Below are positions 1 through 13,690 of a DNA stretch of 64,000 bases, piece by piece. How positions within the stretch are numbered: the first letter of the stretch is position 1; each line of letters begins with the position of its first letter. Source of the DNA: Malacoraja senta (taxonomy: Eukaryota); contig CM075989.1 in the NCBI GenBank assembly GCA_038087875.1, positions 24,554,001-24,618,000 on the forward strand, in the 5' to 3' direction. Both the position numbers and the translations under genes were made by a program. The notes under the pieces were generated by a model. That model saw only the letters and a list, made by a program, of their open reading frames with translations. It was not told the DNA's origin and did no database searches.

Positions 1-411
1 TCAAGTCATTTACAGTACATGATAAGGGAATAACGTTTAGTGCAAGGTAAAGCAAGTAAAGTCTGATCAAGGATAGTTCGAGGGTCACCAATGAGGTAGA
101 TTGTACTTCAGGACTGCTCTCTTGTGGTAGGATGATTCAGTTGCCTGATAACAGCTGGGAAGAAACTGTCCCTGAATTTGGAGGTGTGCATTTTCACACT
201 TCTATATCTTTTACCTGATGGGAGAGGGAAGAAGAGGGAGTGGCCGGGGTGCGACTCGTCCTTGATTATGCTGCTGGCCTTGCCGAGGCAATGGAAGGGA
301 GATTAGTTTGTGTGATGTTCTGGGCTGCGTCCACAATTCGCTGCAACTTCTTGCGGTCTTGGATGGAGCTGTTCACAAACCAAGCTGTGATACATCCTGA
401 TAAAATGCTAT
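1..411 (-). mobile_element. Rex1/Babar-like LINE, 3' fragment
   Basis: Minus-strand translation SILSGCITAWF..SS.QDRKKLQRIV and LPSGKRYRS...FRDSFFPAVIRQLN, typical of the Rex1/Babar ORF C-terminus. The same 3' UTR recurs at 9.6, 25.7, 54.2 and 56.3 kb. Confidence 0.75.
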
Positions 412-1132
412 GGTGTCTCTCTGGGCATGTGGGACGTTGTTGTAATCACAGCATCTCCCGCGGGGAGAGGCCAGTGGCACCCAGGTGAAAGGTCAGTCAT
501 GATGATCTTATTGAATTGCAGCGCAAGCTCAAGGGTCTGTGTGTCCTCTGCCTCCTCCAGTATCTGATACTCTTGAATAGATCTTATGCTCAGGACCTTT
601 CATCTTGTTAAACCAATATCTTATCTAAGCTCCACACACATTTATGAAACCAGTTTTGAGTAGCAACACATGGGAAGGATTAACATTAATTAAGTTACAA
701 GCCATTTTTACATGAATGTACCATGTAAAGTGATGCTCATGTACACTAATAATCTTGGGTGTCATTCTCTAATTTCATGGATTACCCATCTTGAATGATG
801 AATACTGCAATTCTATCACAGCACAAATAACATTAAAGTTGTTTCGCTGGCAGTTCTCAACCTGAACAAAGTTTAGTATGATTTGCACAATGTGGCCTCG
901 ACACATTCATTTAGCTTGCTAGTAAAGATTCATATAGAGAAACACCCCAATCTCCAAACCCCTCGAGACACCAGTTGTGACCATTCTTCAAACATTGACA
1001 TCCTTCCCACCAGTCTTTATTCCATCTGCTACGTGAGCATGAATGCCTAATTTATAGTGAAGCTTATTGTGTGTTATCTTCACAAAAGTTATGATTGATA
1101 TTACATCTCCCCGTCGTCTTTTCTCGTTGTAG

Positions 1133-2160
1133 ATTTGCAAAGATTGAAATCAGTTCATCAGCGCCAATTGTTCCATTCAGAGAGACCATCATCCGACCAC
1201 CAAAGGTGGACATGGTGAATGAAGACATCGGCACTCAGCAAAAGGTGGCTGTCATTCACCAAAAGAAGGTAGACCAGAGTAAATATCCTGAAGGTTTTGG
1301 TGTGGATTCTGATGGACTTGTCACTTTGAATACTCCCAACAAGTTGGCGGCTATCAGCGTGAGGGCCTTACCACTTCCTGAAGTGGCAACTCAGTTACTT
1401 GAAGAAAATTGTGATCTGATTCGTGCAATGGAACAGTTCAACCTATCGGTCAAAGAAGGCAGAGAAGTTCAAGAAATGAACTCGACAACTCTTGAAGCGA
1501 TCAAGATGTTTAAGCAAAAGCTGGAGGAGAATTTAGTTGGCCGGAAATGGAGAAATGCAGTGAGCCAAATTTCATCATTTGGACCACGGCGTAATGGTCC
1601 CAACATTTTACTGAATGGGTTAAAAGACTATGAAAGGCCGTCGATGTGGCAGTGCCTTGACAAAAGCAGCAGGGATTTAGGAGCCTACAGGGACTTTGAC
1701 AACAGTATAGTCAGTGGGTTTCAATTGGCGGCTCTTTCAGGCCCTATCTGTGAAGAGCCTCTCATGGGCGTTTGTTTCATCTTAGAAAAATGGGACATGA
1801 GTTATAAAGTGCAGCAGTTTGTTCAAACTCACCATCATTCTCCCACCGAAGGACAGACATCTAAAACTGAAGTGTGTCAGGAGATAACCTCAAAAGAAAA
1901 TAGCCTATCTAACTTGAACCCCATGTTGGAAAGTTCAGAAGCTCAACATGGTCAGATTGAGAGCAACGAGACTCCGCCCAAGAGTTCAGAGGCTGGACAG
2001 TGTAACTCTGAAGTGGTGGTCACGGATTGCTATGGCCCTTTCTCAGGCCAGCTCATTGCCACCATGAAGGAAGCTTGTCGCTTTGCATTTCAAGCAAAAC
2101 CACAGCGGTTAATGGCAGCGATGTATACATGCGAAATTATGACCACGGCAGAAGTGTTGG
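1133..2160 (+). CDS. EFL1: Elongation factor-like GTPase 1 (EFL1/EFTUD1), large internal coding exon (domain IV region); upstream exons lie outside the window
   Basis: Translation [20 protein letters not shown]...[25 protein letters not shown]...[16 protein letters not shown]...[12 protein letters not shown] is recognisable as EFL1. Polypyrimidine tract and AG at 1131-1132, donor GTAAGG at 2161. The exon ends in phase 1 and joins the next exon as G|GT (Gly). Confidence 0.97.
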
Positions 2161-4115
2161 GTAAGGATTGTAAGAAACTAATTCATCTGTTTCATATTGA
2201 AATCTATCGCAAGAAAGGTGGTCAAGTTAAAAGAATTGTATCAGTATTCCCTTGCACTGTGTTGGAGGTCTTTGTGCTGTATCTTGACATAAGCTCCCAA
2301 TTGGTGCAGATTCATGAACTGATTCCAGAACTAATCATGATATGTAACAGCCACGCCTAGTTACTGCAAAGATAGTTCTTCAACTTGTGATGAGCCAAAC
2401 CTGTTTTTGTTATTGTGTCCTTTTTTAAACTTTCTTCATTATGGTACCTGGACATCTAACAGCAATTAATCTGCCTTGATAAAGCATATGGAGCAACACA
2501 AATTTAAATTGCATCTATTTTAATGGGAGGAGCATGATTAATAAATGATTAGCACAGGGGATATAATATTGTTTTTATCAGGGACCTGGGTGAAAGAGAA
2601 GCAAGAGAAAGAGAAAAAGAACGCTAGATTATAAAATCAATAATGATAGGGGCAGGGGGCAGGAAGCTGGGAATGAGAATGGAAAAGAAGTGATGTTTCA
2701 TTGATTATGAAGTCCATAACTATAGCAATGAGGGAGATTACCCAAGAAACTTCCTCAAATATTGGTACAGATTAGTAGCAAAAAGGGGATGATCACATCG
2801 TGAAGACTGCTAACAATCAGTAACTAGAGGAGCAGCAATGTAGGCAAACCACAGAGAGGAGTGAGAATAATAGGATTTATGCAGAGGGGAATTTCAATTT
2901 CCCATATTAACTGAGATTGCTTTAGCGTTAAAGCTCAGAGGGAGTGAATTTTTAAAGCGCGTCCGAGATAACTTTTTGAGCCAGAATGTTGTACGTCTTT
3001 GGAGTGTGGGAGGAAACCTAAGATCTCAGAGAACACCCACGAAGGTCACAGGGGGAACGTACAAACTCCGTACAGACAGCACTCCGTACAGGATCGAACC
3101 AGTGTGTCTGGCGCTGGAAGGCAGTAGGTCCACCACTACACCACCATGCCGATCTAGTAATTTAATCTAATAATTTAAAGAAAATTGTTTGCCACTTGAA
3201 TTTTTCCCAGTACTTAGATGTACAACCTGTAATATCTTCCTTCCACTCCTCTACATTACACCTTCTGTTGAAAGCTGTGTGTGTGTTTGTGCTGTCACTA
3301 GACACAGTTATTCCATCTGGTGAGTTGGCCGGCCTCCCGTCTTCAACCAACTAATACTTCAAATTTACAATTCTAATCCGTGTATTGGAAGCCCCCCGTG
3401 GTCTTGCTTCTCTGGATTTCCACTTAGACATTCCTCTCAGGGTTCTATGTTTCCTACATTTGGTTCATGTGCATCCTCTATTTACATTACTCCACATTGG
3501 TGGCTGTGAAGGCTGTAAATGTTGAAAATCACTTCCAAAATATCCTTTAGTGAAACTCAGAGTGTTGGAGTAACCTAGTGAGTCAGGCAGCCTCTGTGGA
3601 GAGAATGGATAGGTGATGTTTTCTGTCAGGACCCTTCTTCAGACTACCCAAAATGTCACCTACACATTCCCTCCACAGATGCTGCTTGACTCGCTGAGTT
3701 ACTCCAACTCTTTGTGTTTTACTCAGGTTTACAGCATCTGCAGTTCCTTGTGTCCTCAAAGTCTCCTTCGTTCTGGACCATTCCTGTGTTATGGCACTGT
3801 GTAAAATTTACCATCTAGATCAGGTGTTTAAAGATCATAACAAATGTGTCTTTGGCCTGGTGTTGCTGTTATTCTCATGATGCTCTTATACTGGACTAAT
3901 CTTTGGAAGTCTCTTTAACTGGAAGTCTCCATAATTTAGGAAGTAGTGCCCGAGGAGGGGGGTTTAGAAGAGAAGGGGTGTAAGGGGGAATTTAAGGGAG
4001 GAGGGAGGCAGAGAGACTTTTGAAGTATATTCTATGGTTTATCCCTGGTGGCCATCAATGGTGAAATGAATGAAGTGGGAGTTGGAGGAAGGCCAGCTGG
4101 AGGGGAGAGATTATA

Positions 4116-5692
4116 CAGTACCCTCCATAATGTTTGGGACAAAGACCCATAATTTATTTATTTGCCTCTGTACTCCACAATTTGAGATTTGTAATAGAAA
4201 AAAAAAATCACATGCAGTTAAAGTGCACATTATCAGATTTTATTAAAGGGTATTTTTATACATTTTGATTTCACCATGTAGAAATTACAGCTGTGTTTAT
4301 ACATAGTCCCCCCATTTCAGGGCACCATAATGTTTGGGACACATGGCTTCACAGGTATTTGTAATTGCTCAGGTGTGTTTAATTGCATCCTTAATGCAGG
4401 TATAAGAGAGCTCTCAGCACCTAGTCTTTCCTCCAGTCTTTCCATCACCTTTGGAAACTTTTATTGCTGTTTATCAACATGAGGACCAAAGTTTTGCCAA
4501 CGAAATTCAAAGAAGCCATTATGAGACTGAGAAACAAGAATAAAACTGTTAGAGACATCAGCCAAACATTAGGCTTACCAAAATCAGCTGTTTGGAGCAT
4601 CGTTTAAAAGAAAGAGATCACTGGTGAGCTTACTAATCGCAAAGGGACTGGCAGGCCAAGGAAGACCTCCACAGCTGATGACAGAAGAATTCTCTCTATA
4701 ATAAAGAAAAATCCCCAAGCACCTGTCCGACAGATCAGAAACACTCTTCAGGAGTCAGGAGTGGATTTGTCAATGACCACTGTTCGCAGAAGACTTCATG
4801 AACAGAAATACAGAGGCTACACTGCAAGATGCAAACCACTGGTTAGCCGCAAAAATAGGATGGCCAGGTTACAGTTTGTCAAGAAGTACTTAAAAGAGCA
4901 ACCACAGTTCTGGAAAAAGGTCTTGTGGACAGATGAGTCGAAGATTAACTTATATCAGAGTGATGGCAAGAGCAAAGTATGGAGCAGAGAAGAAACTGCC
5001 CAAGATCCAAAGCATACCACCTCATCTGTGAAACGCAGTGGTGGGGGTGTTATGGCCTGGGCATGTATGGCTGCTGAAGGTACTGGCTCACTTATCTTCA
5101 TTGATGATACAACTGCTGATGGTGGTAGCATAATGAATTCTGAAGTGTATAGACACATCCTATCTGCTCAAGTTAAAACAAATGCCTCAAAACTCATTGG
5201 CCGGCGGTTCATTCTACAGCAAAACAATGATCCCAAGCATATTGCTAAAGCAACAAATGAGTTTTTCAAAGCTAAAAAAATGGTAAATTCTTGAGTGGCC
5301 AAGACAATCACCCAATCTGAACCCAATTGAGCATGCTTTTTATATGCTGAAGAGAAAACTAAAGGGGACTAGCCCCCAAAACAAGTATTGGTGATGTCCA
5401 TGAATCGCAGACTTCAAGCAGTCATCGCATGCAAAGGAATGCAACAAAATACTGAACAAGACTACTTTCATTTACATGACATTGCTGTGTCCCAAACATT
5501 ATGGTGCCCTGAAATGGGGGGACTATGTACAAACACTGCTGTAATTTCTACATGCTGAAACCAAAATGTATAAAAATGGCCTTTATTAAAATCTGACAAT
5601 GTGCACTTGAACGACATGTGATTTTTTTTCTATTACAAATCTCAAATTGTGGAGTACAGAGACAAATGTCCCAAACATTATGGAGGGCACTG
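4116..5692 (+). mobile_element. Full-length Tc1/mariner DNA transposon (IR-DR type, family A), 1577 bp, defective
   Basis: TA|CAGTACCCTCCATAATGTTTGGGAC ... GTCCCAAACATTATGGAGGGCACTG|TA. TIRs of about 210-230 bp, each with an inner direct repeat (CCATAATGTTTGGGAC). TA target duplication. Confidence 0.96.
4479..5455 (+). pseudogene. Tc1 transposase pseudogene
   Basis: ATG at 4479, in-frame TAA at 4605-4607, GRPRKT and WTDESK motifs. Second catalytic Asp changed (QQNNDPKH), +1 frameshift in the A run at 5274-5280 before WP.QSPNLNPIE. Confidence 0.9.
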
Positions 5693-6030
5693 TAAATGCA
5701 TTAGGGTCAGCAGGAAGTTTACAACTGTGGATCTCAATCTCAATAAAGTGAACTCATTATTTATTAGGCACATTTTAAACTTCTCAGCTTGGCTGCTTAG
5801 TGTGTTTTGGAGAGTACAAATGTTGACAAATCTATGTCAAGCACACACTAGTGTGTTCTTAGTTCTAGTGTGAAATGCTGATTCAGAATTTATATTGTTT
5901 TTTTCATGGAGAAATATATACCTTAAACTGAGCATTTAATTGATGGGTTTTACTTTTTTATATGACATTTCTTCAGAGGCTATTTTGTGTTGAATTGCAT
6001 CTCTAAATATTTAAGGAAATCATGTTTTAA

Positions 6031-6276
<246 letters not shown>

Positions 6277-7839
6277 TAATGTCCTGCAGAAAGGCTCAAC
6301 TGTTTGAAACATTCATCAATGGGCATGATGCACAGTACCACTTTAAACAAAAATCCTCATCTTGAAGCCCTTAAAGTTTAGGACTTGAAAGTGAAACTTG
6401 CTCTTACATCGTGCCTTTCATGATTTCGAGATGAGCATTACGTTTTACATTATAATTCAATGCTCAGGACTGACTGGTTTCACACAGGAAAGTCATAGAT
6501 ATTGTGTAACATAGGAACAGGCCCCTCGGCCCACTGCATCTATGCTGGCCATCATGCTTATCTAAATTTATCCCACTCGATTGCATTAATCCCATATCCT
6601 TCCTCGCCCAGATCATTCAAATTGCGGCCCAGGTGCCTCTTGAATACTGTTGCTGTTCCTGCCTCCTTTATTTTTTCCAAAAATAAGCATTGTGCAGAAT
6701 ACTAAATATATCTACAAAACAAGAACAGTGCAAATTCATTTCATTAATAGCCTAAGGTAGACACAAAATGTTGGAGTAACTCAGCGGGACAGGCAGCATC
6801 TCTGGAGAGAAGGAATGGGTGATGTTTTGGGTTGAGACCCTTCTTCAGTCTGATCATTAATAGCCTACCAGCTTCTTTATGTTCCAAATAGTGCCTTCTT
6901 TCCAAAACACTTACTAATGACCCTAGTTTGTTTTGTTTTGTCCATTCAGAATTTCACATCATTCAATCTTTGTAATTTTCATCCTTGTTTTCAGCTTAAA
7001 GCAAATATTGGTATGCCAGCTCCAAAAACCTTTGTCCCATTCACTGAAATATAGTTATTTAGTTCTGTTAGTGCTTTCAAGAATAGAAAAATAAATATTT
7101 TTAATGGTCTGTCACATTTATTTGAATGATTGAAAGATACAACAAGGAAACAGGCCCTTCAGCACTCCAACCATCCATGACCCCTTCACACTAGTTCCAT
7201 GTCATCCCACTTTCTCATCTGCACCCTACATACTCGAGCTAATTTACAGAGGGCCAATTAGCCTACAGACCCACACGTGTTTGAGATGTGGGAGGAATCC
7301 AGAGCACCCGGAGGAAACCCAAAGAGAGATCGTTCACACTCCATTCAAACAGCACCCAAGGTCAGGATAGAACCGGGATCTGTAGCGCTGTAAGGCAGCA
7401 GCTCTACCAGCTGTGCCACCATGTCGCCCTTCATGAGTCTTCTTACAGGTACAACCTCCTCTTCCACATAACACAGTTGACAAAAGAATATCAGGAAAAA
7501 CTGTTTATAGTTATGAATTTTTAATTAATTATTAGTTGTCAATGTATTTAATGGCACTCCAAGCTCAGATATAACAACACTTATGCTGTAATGCACTTGT
7601 TTTGTGAACTAATGAGATCATCTGGTTGGTGATTTATCCTGGCCATAAGGAGGAGGTAAAATAAGTTAGTTATTATGCTTATCTGTACTCATCATGTGCT
7701 GAAAAGTATTCATCAAAACGCTGCTATTAAGGCAATTTATCTCACAGCACTGTAGCCCTGAGCCTAAGATCTGTCAACATGAGAACAAGATAACAACCTT
7801 TACCGGGGATTTAAAAATAGTTTTCATCACAGTTACCAA

Positions 7840-8062
7840 CAGTGCCCTCCATGATGTTTGGGACAAAGACCCATCATTTATCTATTTGCCTCTGTCATTT
7901 CTACATGGTGAAACCAAAATGTATAAAAATGGCCTTTATTAAAATCTTACAATGAGCACTTTAACCACATGTGATTATTTCTATTACAAATCTCAAATTG
8001 TGGAGTACAGAGGCAAATAAAAGAATTATGGGTCTTTGTCCCAAACGTTATGGAGGGCACTG
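7840..8062. mobile_element. 223-bp non-autonomous deletion derivative of Tc1 family A
   Basis: Same termini as 4116-5692 (CAGTGCCCTCCATGATGTTTGGGAC ... GTCCCAAACGTTATGGAGGGCACTG|TA); about 55 bp of one TIR fused to about 170 bp of the other. Confidence 0.92.
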
Positions 8063-8700
8063 TATTTCTGTAGACTGAAATGTACATTGACAGCTCTGTC
8101 TTTTTATTTTTCGCCTAGATAATTTTAATACTCGCCTATTGTTGCCACTCTTATTAGAATAAGCGAGTTCGGTATTCCGAAAAACGCAAGGAATCATGGC
8201 CATTCGCGATAAAGAAAAAGCTAATTTTCATGGCCACTAACTGCGTATATCTCAGATAATTAAGGCAGAGATAGATAGATTCTTGATTAGTCCGGGTGTC
8301 AGGTTATGGGGAGAAGGCGGGAGAATGGGGTTAGGAGGGAGAGATAGATCAGCCATGATTGAATGGCAGAGTAGACTTGATGGGCCGAATGGCCTGATTC
8401 TGCTCTTATCACTTATGAACTTACAATTTACATCGCAAATATGAAAAGAAGTATTAGAAATCGAGGAGATCAGGTCTCAGCGTTGCCACCTTTGTTTCAG
8501 TCAACGTGGATATGTGACCTTTTCAGTCTCTGCATGGTGGAAAAATGTCCAACATTGCAATGATGGAGTCTTACTTTCCACATCTGGATATTGTCAGGAT
8601 GCAGGCTTTTGAGCTAACTAGCAAGGTGAAGTAACGACCGTCTGCCAATGATAGGGAAGTCCTTTGAAGTGGTAATTAAAAGTAGCAGACAACAGGGACA

Positions 8701-9392
8701 TGTGTAGGAAGGAACTGCAGATTGCTGGTTTAAATCGAAGATAGATACAAAAAGCTGGAGCAACTCAGCGAGTCAAACAGCATCTCTGGAGAAAAGGAAT
8801 AGGTGATGTTTTGGATCGAGACCCTTCTTCAAACTGAGAGTCAGGGGAAAAGGAAAGAAGAGGAAAAAGACAGTGATGTAGAGACATTTAGAACAAATTA
8901 ATGAAAGATATGCATAAAAACAACGATGATAAAGGAAACAGGCCATTGTTAGCTGAGGCCGTTGAGAATAAGTGCAGACCGTAATGGGCCTGTCCCACTT
9001 GGCGATTTTTTAGGCAACTGCCGGCGACTGTCATAGTCGTGGCAGGTCGCCGAAAACCGGCGACAACTTGCGTCATCCTGGCAACAACCTACCTATGTCA
9101 GGAGGTCAAGCTACGCTCATTGGCGTCAAACCCATTGTCACCAAAACATTTTCAACATGTTGAAAATTTAGCAGCGACCAGAAGCACGACTGAGGAGACG
9201 ACTCCCAGTGACCACTGGCGAACATGTGGCGACAAACTAGTCGCCTGTAGTTGCCTAAAAAATCGTCTAAGTGGGACAGGCCCATAAGACTCAGCAAGGC
9301 AACTTTGAAGCTGGTACGACTTGGGTGGGGGAGGGATGTGGAGAGAGGGATTGCAAAGGTTACTTGAAGTTAGAGAAATCGATATTCATACC
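8701..9392 (-). mobile_element. Penelope-like element second subfamily 3' remnant (interrupted by the MITE)
   Basis: Colinear with 60172-60560 once 8985-9287 is removed. Confidence 0.75.
8985..9284. mobile_element. PIF/Harbinger-type MITE (300 bp) inserted in a PLE remnant
   Basis: TIR TGGGCCTGTCCCACTT...AAGTGGGACAGGCCCA extending about 45 bp imperfectly. TAA on both sides (8982-8984, 9285-9287), the 3-bp TSD typical of PIF/Harbinger. Related partial copy at about 22070-22240. Confidence 0.8.
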
Positions 9393-10698
9393 CTCTACTT
9401 TCCCTCTACTAACAGTGATATGTATTGGCTGATAACAATATATTCTGCAGCAATTTGGCATACTTGCGTAAGGAGAGCAGTGATTTTTCCATTCTCACAG
9501 CTATCTCCTTGAAATAATCGACTCAATAATTTTGGGATTGTCTTTCTTTGCTACTCTTTGAATAAGTATTTAGCTTTAGTTTAGTTTATTGTCACGTGTC
9601 GTAAGGTACACCAAAAGCTTTTGTTGCATGTTAACCAGTCAACGGAAAGACTATACATGATTACAATCGAGCTGTCCACAGTGTACAGATACATGATAAC
9701 TGGAATAACGTTTAGTGCAAGATAAAGTCTAGGAAAGTCTGATTAAAGATAGTCCGCAGGTCTCCTATGGGGTAGATAGTAGCTCTGGACCGCTCCTGAA
9801 TACCAGACCTATTTTCTTTTACTGATTTAATGGTTGTATGCCCACAAGAAACATATTTAGTCATGCAAGAATATGTATTTGAAAGGGAGAAGAGTTGATG
9901 TTGTAATACAGAATATGATGGGAGCAAGGCTTAGCCATTCTTTGCCTTAAAACCAGCTGGATCATGCCTCATCAGTATCAATAAATCAACCCCAGTCACC
10001 CACCTCGATTCCATAATTGGACATGAAGTGCTGGAGTAACTCAGCGGGTCTACCTAACCTGTTGAGTTACTCCAGCACTTTATGTCCTTTTGTGTAAACC
10101 AGCATCTGCAGTTCCTTGTTTCTACACCTTGGCTCCATAAGCACCTTCCCCAACAAAAATCTATTAATCGCCAACTTACAAGTTCCAATTTTCCCCAGAT
10201 TATCATTTTTTGGGGGGAGTTTAATTCCTGATTACTATTGCTGCAAGAACTATAGTAAATTTTCCTGATTTTCCTTCTAACAGCCAGCATTAATCTTCTG
10301 ATCATGTCTTCCTGTTTCAGATTTCCCCTTGGAACTAAATAGTTCCCTTTTCCCTATAAATCTTTTTGTTAGATTTTATGTACATCAGTGAACTTTCTTG
10401 CTGTCTTAAAAGTTTGTGATTTGGATATCCTATCACGAAGTGCAATGTATTTATGTGCTCAGTGAATGGACTTCACTGAACAAATGATGGATATAGAGCA
10501 GTGAGACATGCATCTGGATACAATGGATGACTCAAGATCCTTTCCTGATGTTCAGTCCTGTCTGCATGGTCAGTGGATGAACCAAGCTATTTTCCAAAGT
10601 TGGCCTTCATAGAATGTGTGAGGGCTGATTCGATACTATTCCCAAAAGCTTTTCTTAGAACGGCCCCATGCTGCAGAGTGTGGGATAGTGAGTGACCA

Positions 10699-10769
<71 letters not shown>
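10699..10769. repeat. Compound (AT)n(GT)n(AT)n microsatellite
   Basis: Directly visible. Confidence 0.95.
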
Positions 10770-10770
<1 letters not shown>

Positions 10771-11361
10771 CAGGCCTCATAACTTGGTTATGACACATTT
10801 AGCTATGGGCTCCAAATTTATATTTAATAAATCAAAAAGTTCAAAAAGACATTTTCTAATTAAATGAATTAACTAATATCAAACATCAGAGAAACCTTTG
10901 AACCACAGACAGGAAAACAAACAATACAGTCTTTATCGCAGGGATCTTTCTGCTTCACTGGTTCTACATTAATAGTTTTGCAAAGTTCGGGTTTCTTAGG
11001 TCTCCCGGAAATCTGCAAATCAATTCCATTCATTTTAAGTTTTAGAAGGTACAGATGGGCTTCTTCCAACCAATCTTTGCCAAGGAATGCTCAATGGTCC
11101 ATTAAACAGGACAGTAAAGAAACTTCACTCATCTTGCTACAAGTTACAGTGCTGTTTCTATAGCCATGTGGATGTGTTTGCCACAATGTGGGATGCCCAG
11201 CTGATGTCTGGTAACTCAGCAGCTGTCCAGACCCAGCTTTAGAGTGCATTTGCTTCCACAAATCAAAGGAATTTTATACTGTAGCAGAACCATTTTCTCT
11301 TCATGTTACAAACCAATTCAGATGTCATGTTCCTTTTCTGAAGCCAGAGTCTTTTCTGAGT

Positions 11362-11389
11362 CTGAAGAAGGGCTTTGACCCGAAACGTC
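11362..11389 (+). ncRNA. Minimal hammerhead core in a solo pLTR (about 11357-11492)
   Basis: CTGAAGAAGGGCTTTGACCCGAAACGTC. Confidence 0.68.
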
Positions 11390-13314
11390 ACCCATTCCCT
11401 CTCTCCAGAGATGCTGCCTGTCCTGCTGAGTTACTCCAGGATTTTGTGTCTATCTTTGGTGTAAACCAGCATCTGCAGTTCCTTCCTACACATTCCGTTT
11501 TGTGTTTATAATTCTAAACCTTAGAATATGTGTCCAGTTGCCAAGTTTTCAAAAATTATTTCCTGTTACTTGGTTTAATGAGATCCAACTTTATACGCGC
11601 AGCCTGTCTGTGCAGTGTAGAGGCTCATTGAATCGTATATCAGAGGAGACCATTTGGCCCATCATAGCTATGTCTATGTGGCTCTCTGAAAGAACGTTCC
11701 CTTGAAGGGTTTCGGCCCGAAACGTTGCCTATTCCCAATTTTAACCTGCTTTTTTCCGTTACTAATCTGTTTTTTTTGTGTATGTGCTCACTTGATTTTC
11801 AAAAGTTCCCATGGGATATGATTGTGAAACTGTGAGCTCTATGCCTATTTTTGCCAATTATTTTATGACTGTGACTTCACTTGGAAAATTGACTGATATT
11901 TGCAGGGATATTCAGCAGCTGCCCTTGCACGAGGGCAATACTCTGAGATTATTTTAGGATATTAAAGGATCATGGAGTTATACGGCAGGTAAATAGGTCC
12001 TTCAGCCCAATTAGTCCATGCCAACCAAGATGTCTGTCTCATTTTGAATTAGTGCCTGAGGAAGGGTCTCGACCCAAAACGTCACCCATTTCTTCTCTCC
12101 AGAGATGCTGCCTGTCCCGCTGAGTTACTCCAGTTTTTTGTGTCTATCTAGAATCATTTCCCCATGTTTGGCCCATATCCCTCTCAACATCTCATGCCAG
12201 TGAGTGCTGTGTTAACCCTGTGTTCCTCCTTGAGGTGCAGTCCCACCTAGAAATCACATACTAATGTCTCTGTGATTCAATTTCTAATCACTTCCAGCAA
12301 GGCAGCGTTTTTCCTATAGAAAATAGGCTTCTAGGCTTCAGATATATGATATAAGAAGCTTATCCCTAAAGGTTTTGCTGCTCACATGTAGACTGGTTCC
12401 CGGCCAAATCACCTAAGGACATCATCTTACCTGTAGTTGGAACAGTGATGGTTCCAGCAGTTACTTGTCACTGTGGCTTTAGATCAACTAGCTATGAAAG
12501 CTACAGAATTAATTACATTTCAATCCTTTAACTTACTGGCCTTCTGAAACTAATAGGAAATGATGATAGTGTTTTGCTAAAACAATTCACGATTCCCAGT
12601 TTGACGCCATGCTCGACAGGGCATTGATGTTGTGACCTTTAGGCATTAGTTCTGATGACCATGGGTATCATCCATGTGTGTCAATGGCCTTATTAATCAT
12701 TCTTTATATAACACTAGGCAGCAGCAATAGCTACTTCATCTTGCCGCAGGATATACTTCAGTTGTTGCTACTAGTCATTAATGCTGGTCTAGTAGTAAGG
12801 GCATTGCCTTCTCTCACCTGTTTCAACATCTGGAGATCTGTCCATTCATGTACCTAGTCAACATACATCAACTTTATCAGCCTTTAAATTGTGTCATCCT
12901 ATTCCCCATGTATTTCAAAGTAGAGCTATCATGACCAAGCAGAAAAACAGCCATTTGTAGTTTACTTTCCTTGTTTTCCTCTTTCCCACTTTATCCATCA
13001 CTCCTCCTTTCTCAACCAACCTGTGCACATTAAACACAGCACCATCACCTGGTTAATTCCATTGACAGCACTGGAAACAAGGTGCAAGATGACACTGGAA
13101 TCTAATGCTACCTGTTTCGTAGTGCCACCTGTGAGGAGTTTCTACTCTTTGGTTTTACTACTCTTCTGCTGCTTGTTCTTACACAAACTTCTAGCTTCTA
13201 CCTTTGCCCATCTAAGCATCCCTTGAAGGACTCACTGAATCAATTGTTGCTATCTGCCAATAAGTCAACCCATGGTCTATCTTCTCCCAGTCCTGTTGCA
13301 TAGACCATAAAATA

Positions 13315-13690
13315 TTGACCAGTACAGCCCAGGAACAGGTCCTTCAGCCCTTCATATCTGTGCTAACCATGATGCCAGTCTAACTCATCCCATCTGCTGA
13401 TCATGGACTGCATCCCTCCATTCCCTGCCTACTTCTGTGTCTGTCTAAATGCCTGTTAAACATTGCTATTGCATTCTGCTTGTACCACCTCCAAGCACAT
13501 ACCACTCCCTGAGTAAGCAAAAATATCTTGTCTCGTACATCTCCTTTACATTTCCCCTGGCTCATCAGAATTCTGTGCCAACTGGGATTTATCATTTCCA
13601 CCCTGGGGAAAAGACACTGACTAGCTGTTCTATCTATACCTTTCATAATTTCATATGCTTCCATCTGATCTCCCCACAACCTCTTCATTG
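13315..13690 (-). mobile_element. CR1/HER1-like LINE 3' fragment
   Basis: RLWGDQMEAYEIMKGIDR...FNRHLDRH. Similar fragments at about 8255-8420(+), 21105-21290(+), 29180-29405(-), 50525-50830(+), 57235-57570(+) and 58038-58365(-). Confidence 0.75.

Noticed and set aside
1095..2360. 421-aa ORF as a standalone gene
   Set aside because: Only 1133-2160 is EFL1-like and bounded by splice sites; the flanking residues are intron read-through. An intronic poly(A) isoform using AATAAA at 2540 is conceivable but unsupported.
4761..5294. Functional or domesticated transposase
   Set aside because: Upstream in-frame stop, catalytic Asp to Asn change, and a frameshift before the catalytic Glu.
8085..8255. 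CpG-containing segment that might be a DNA-transposon end (similar unexplained piece at 27326-27470)
   Set aside because: No partner TIR, TSD or second copy visible, so no call can be supported.
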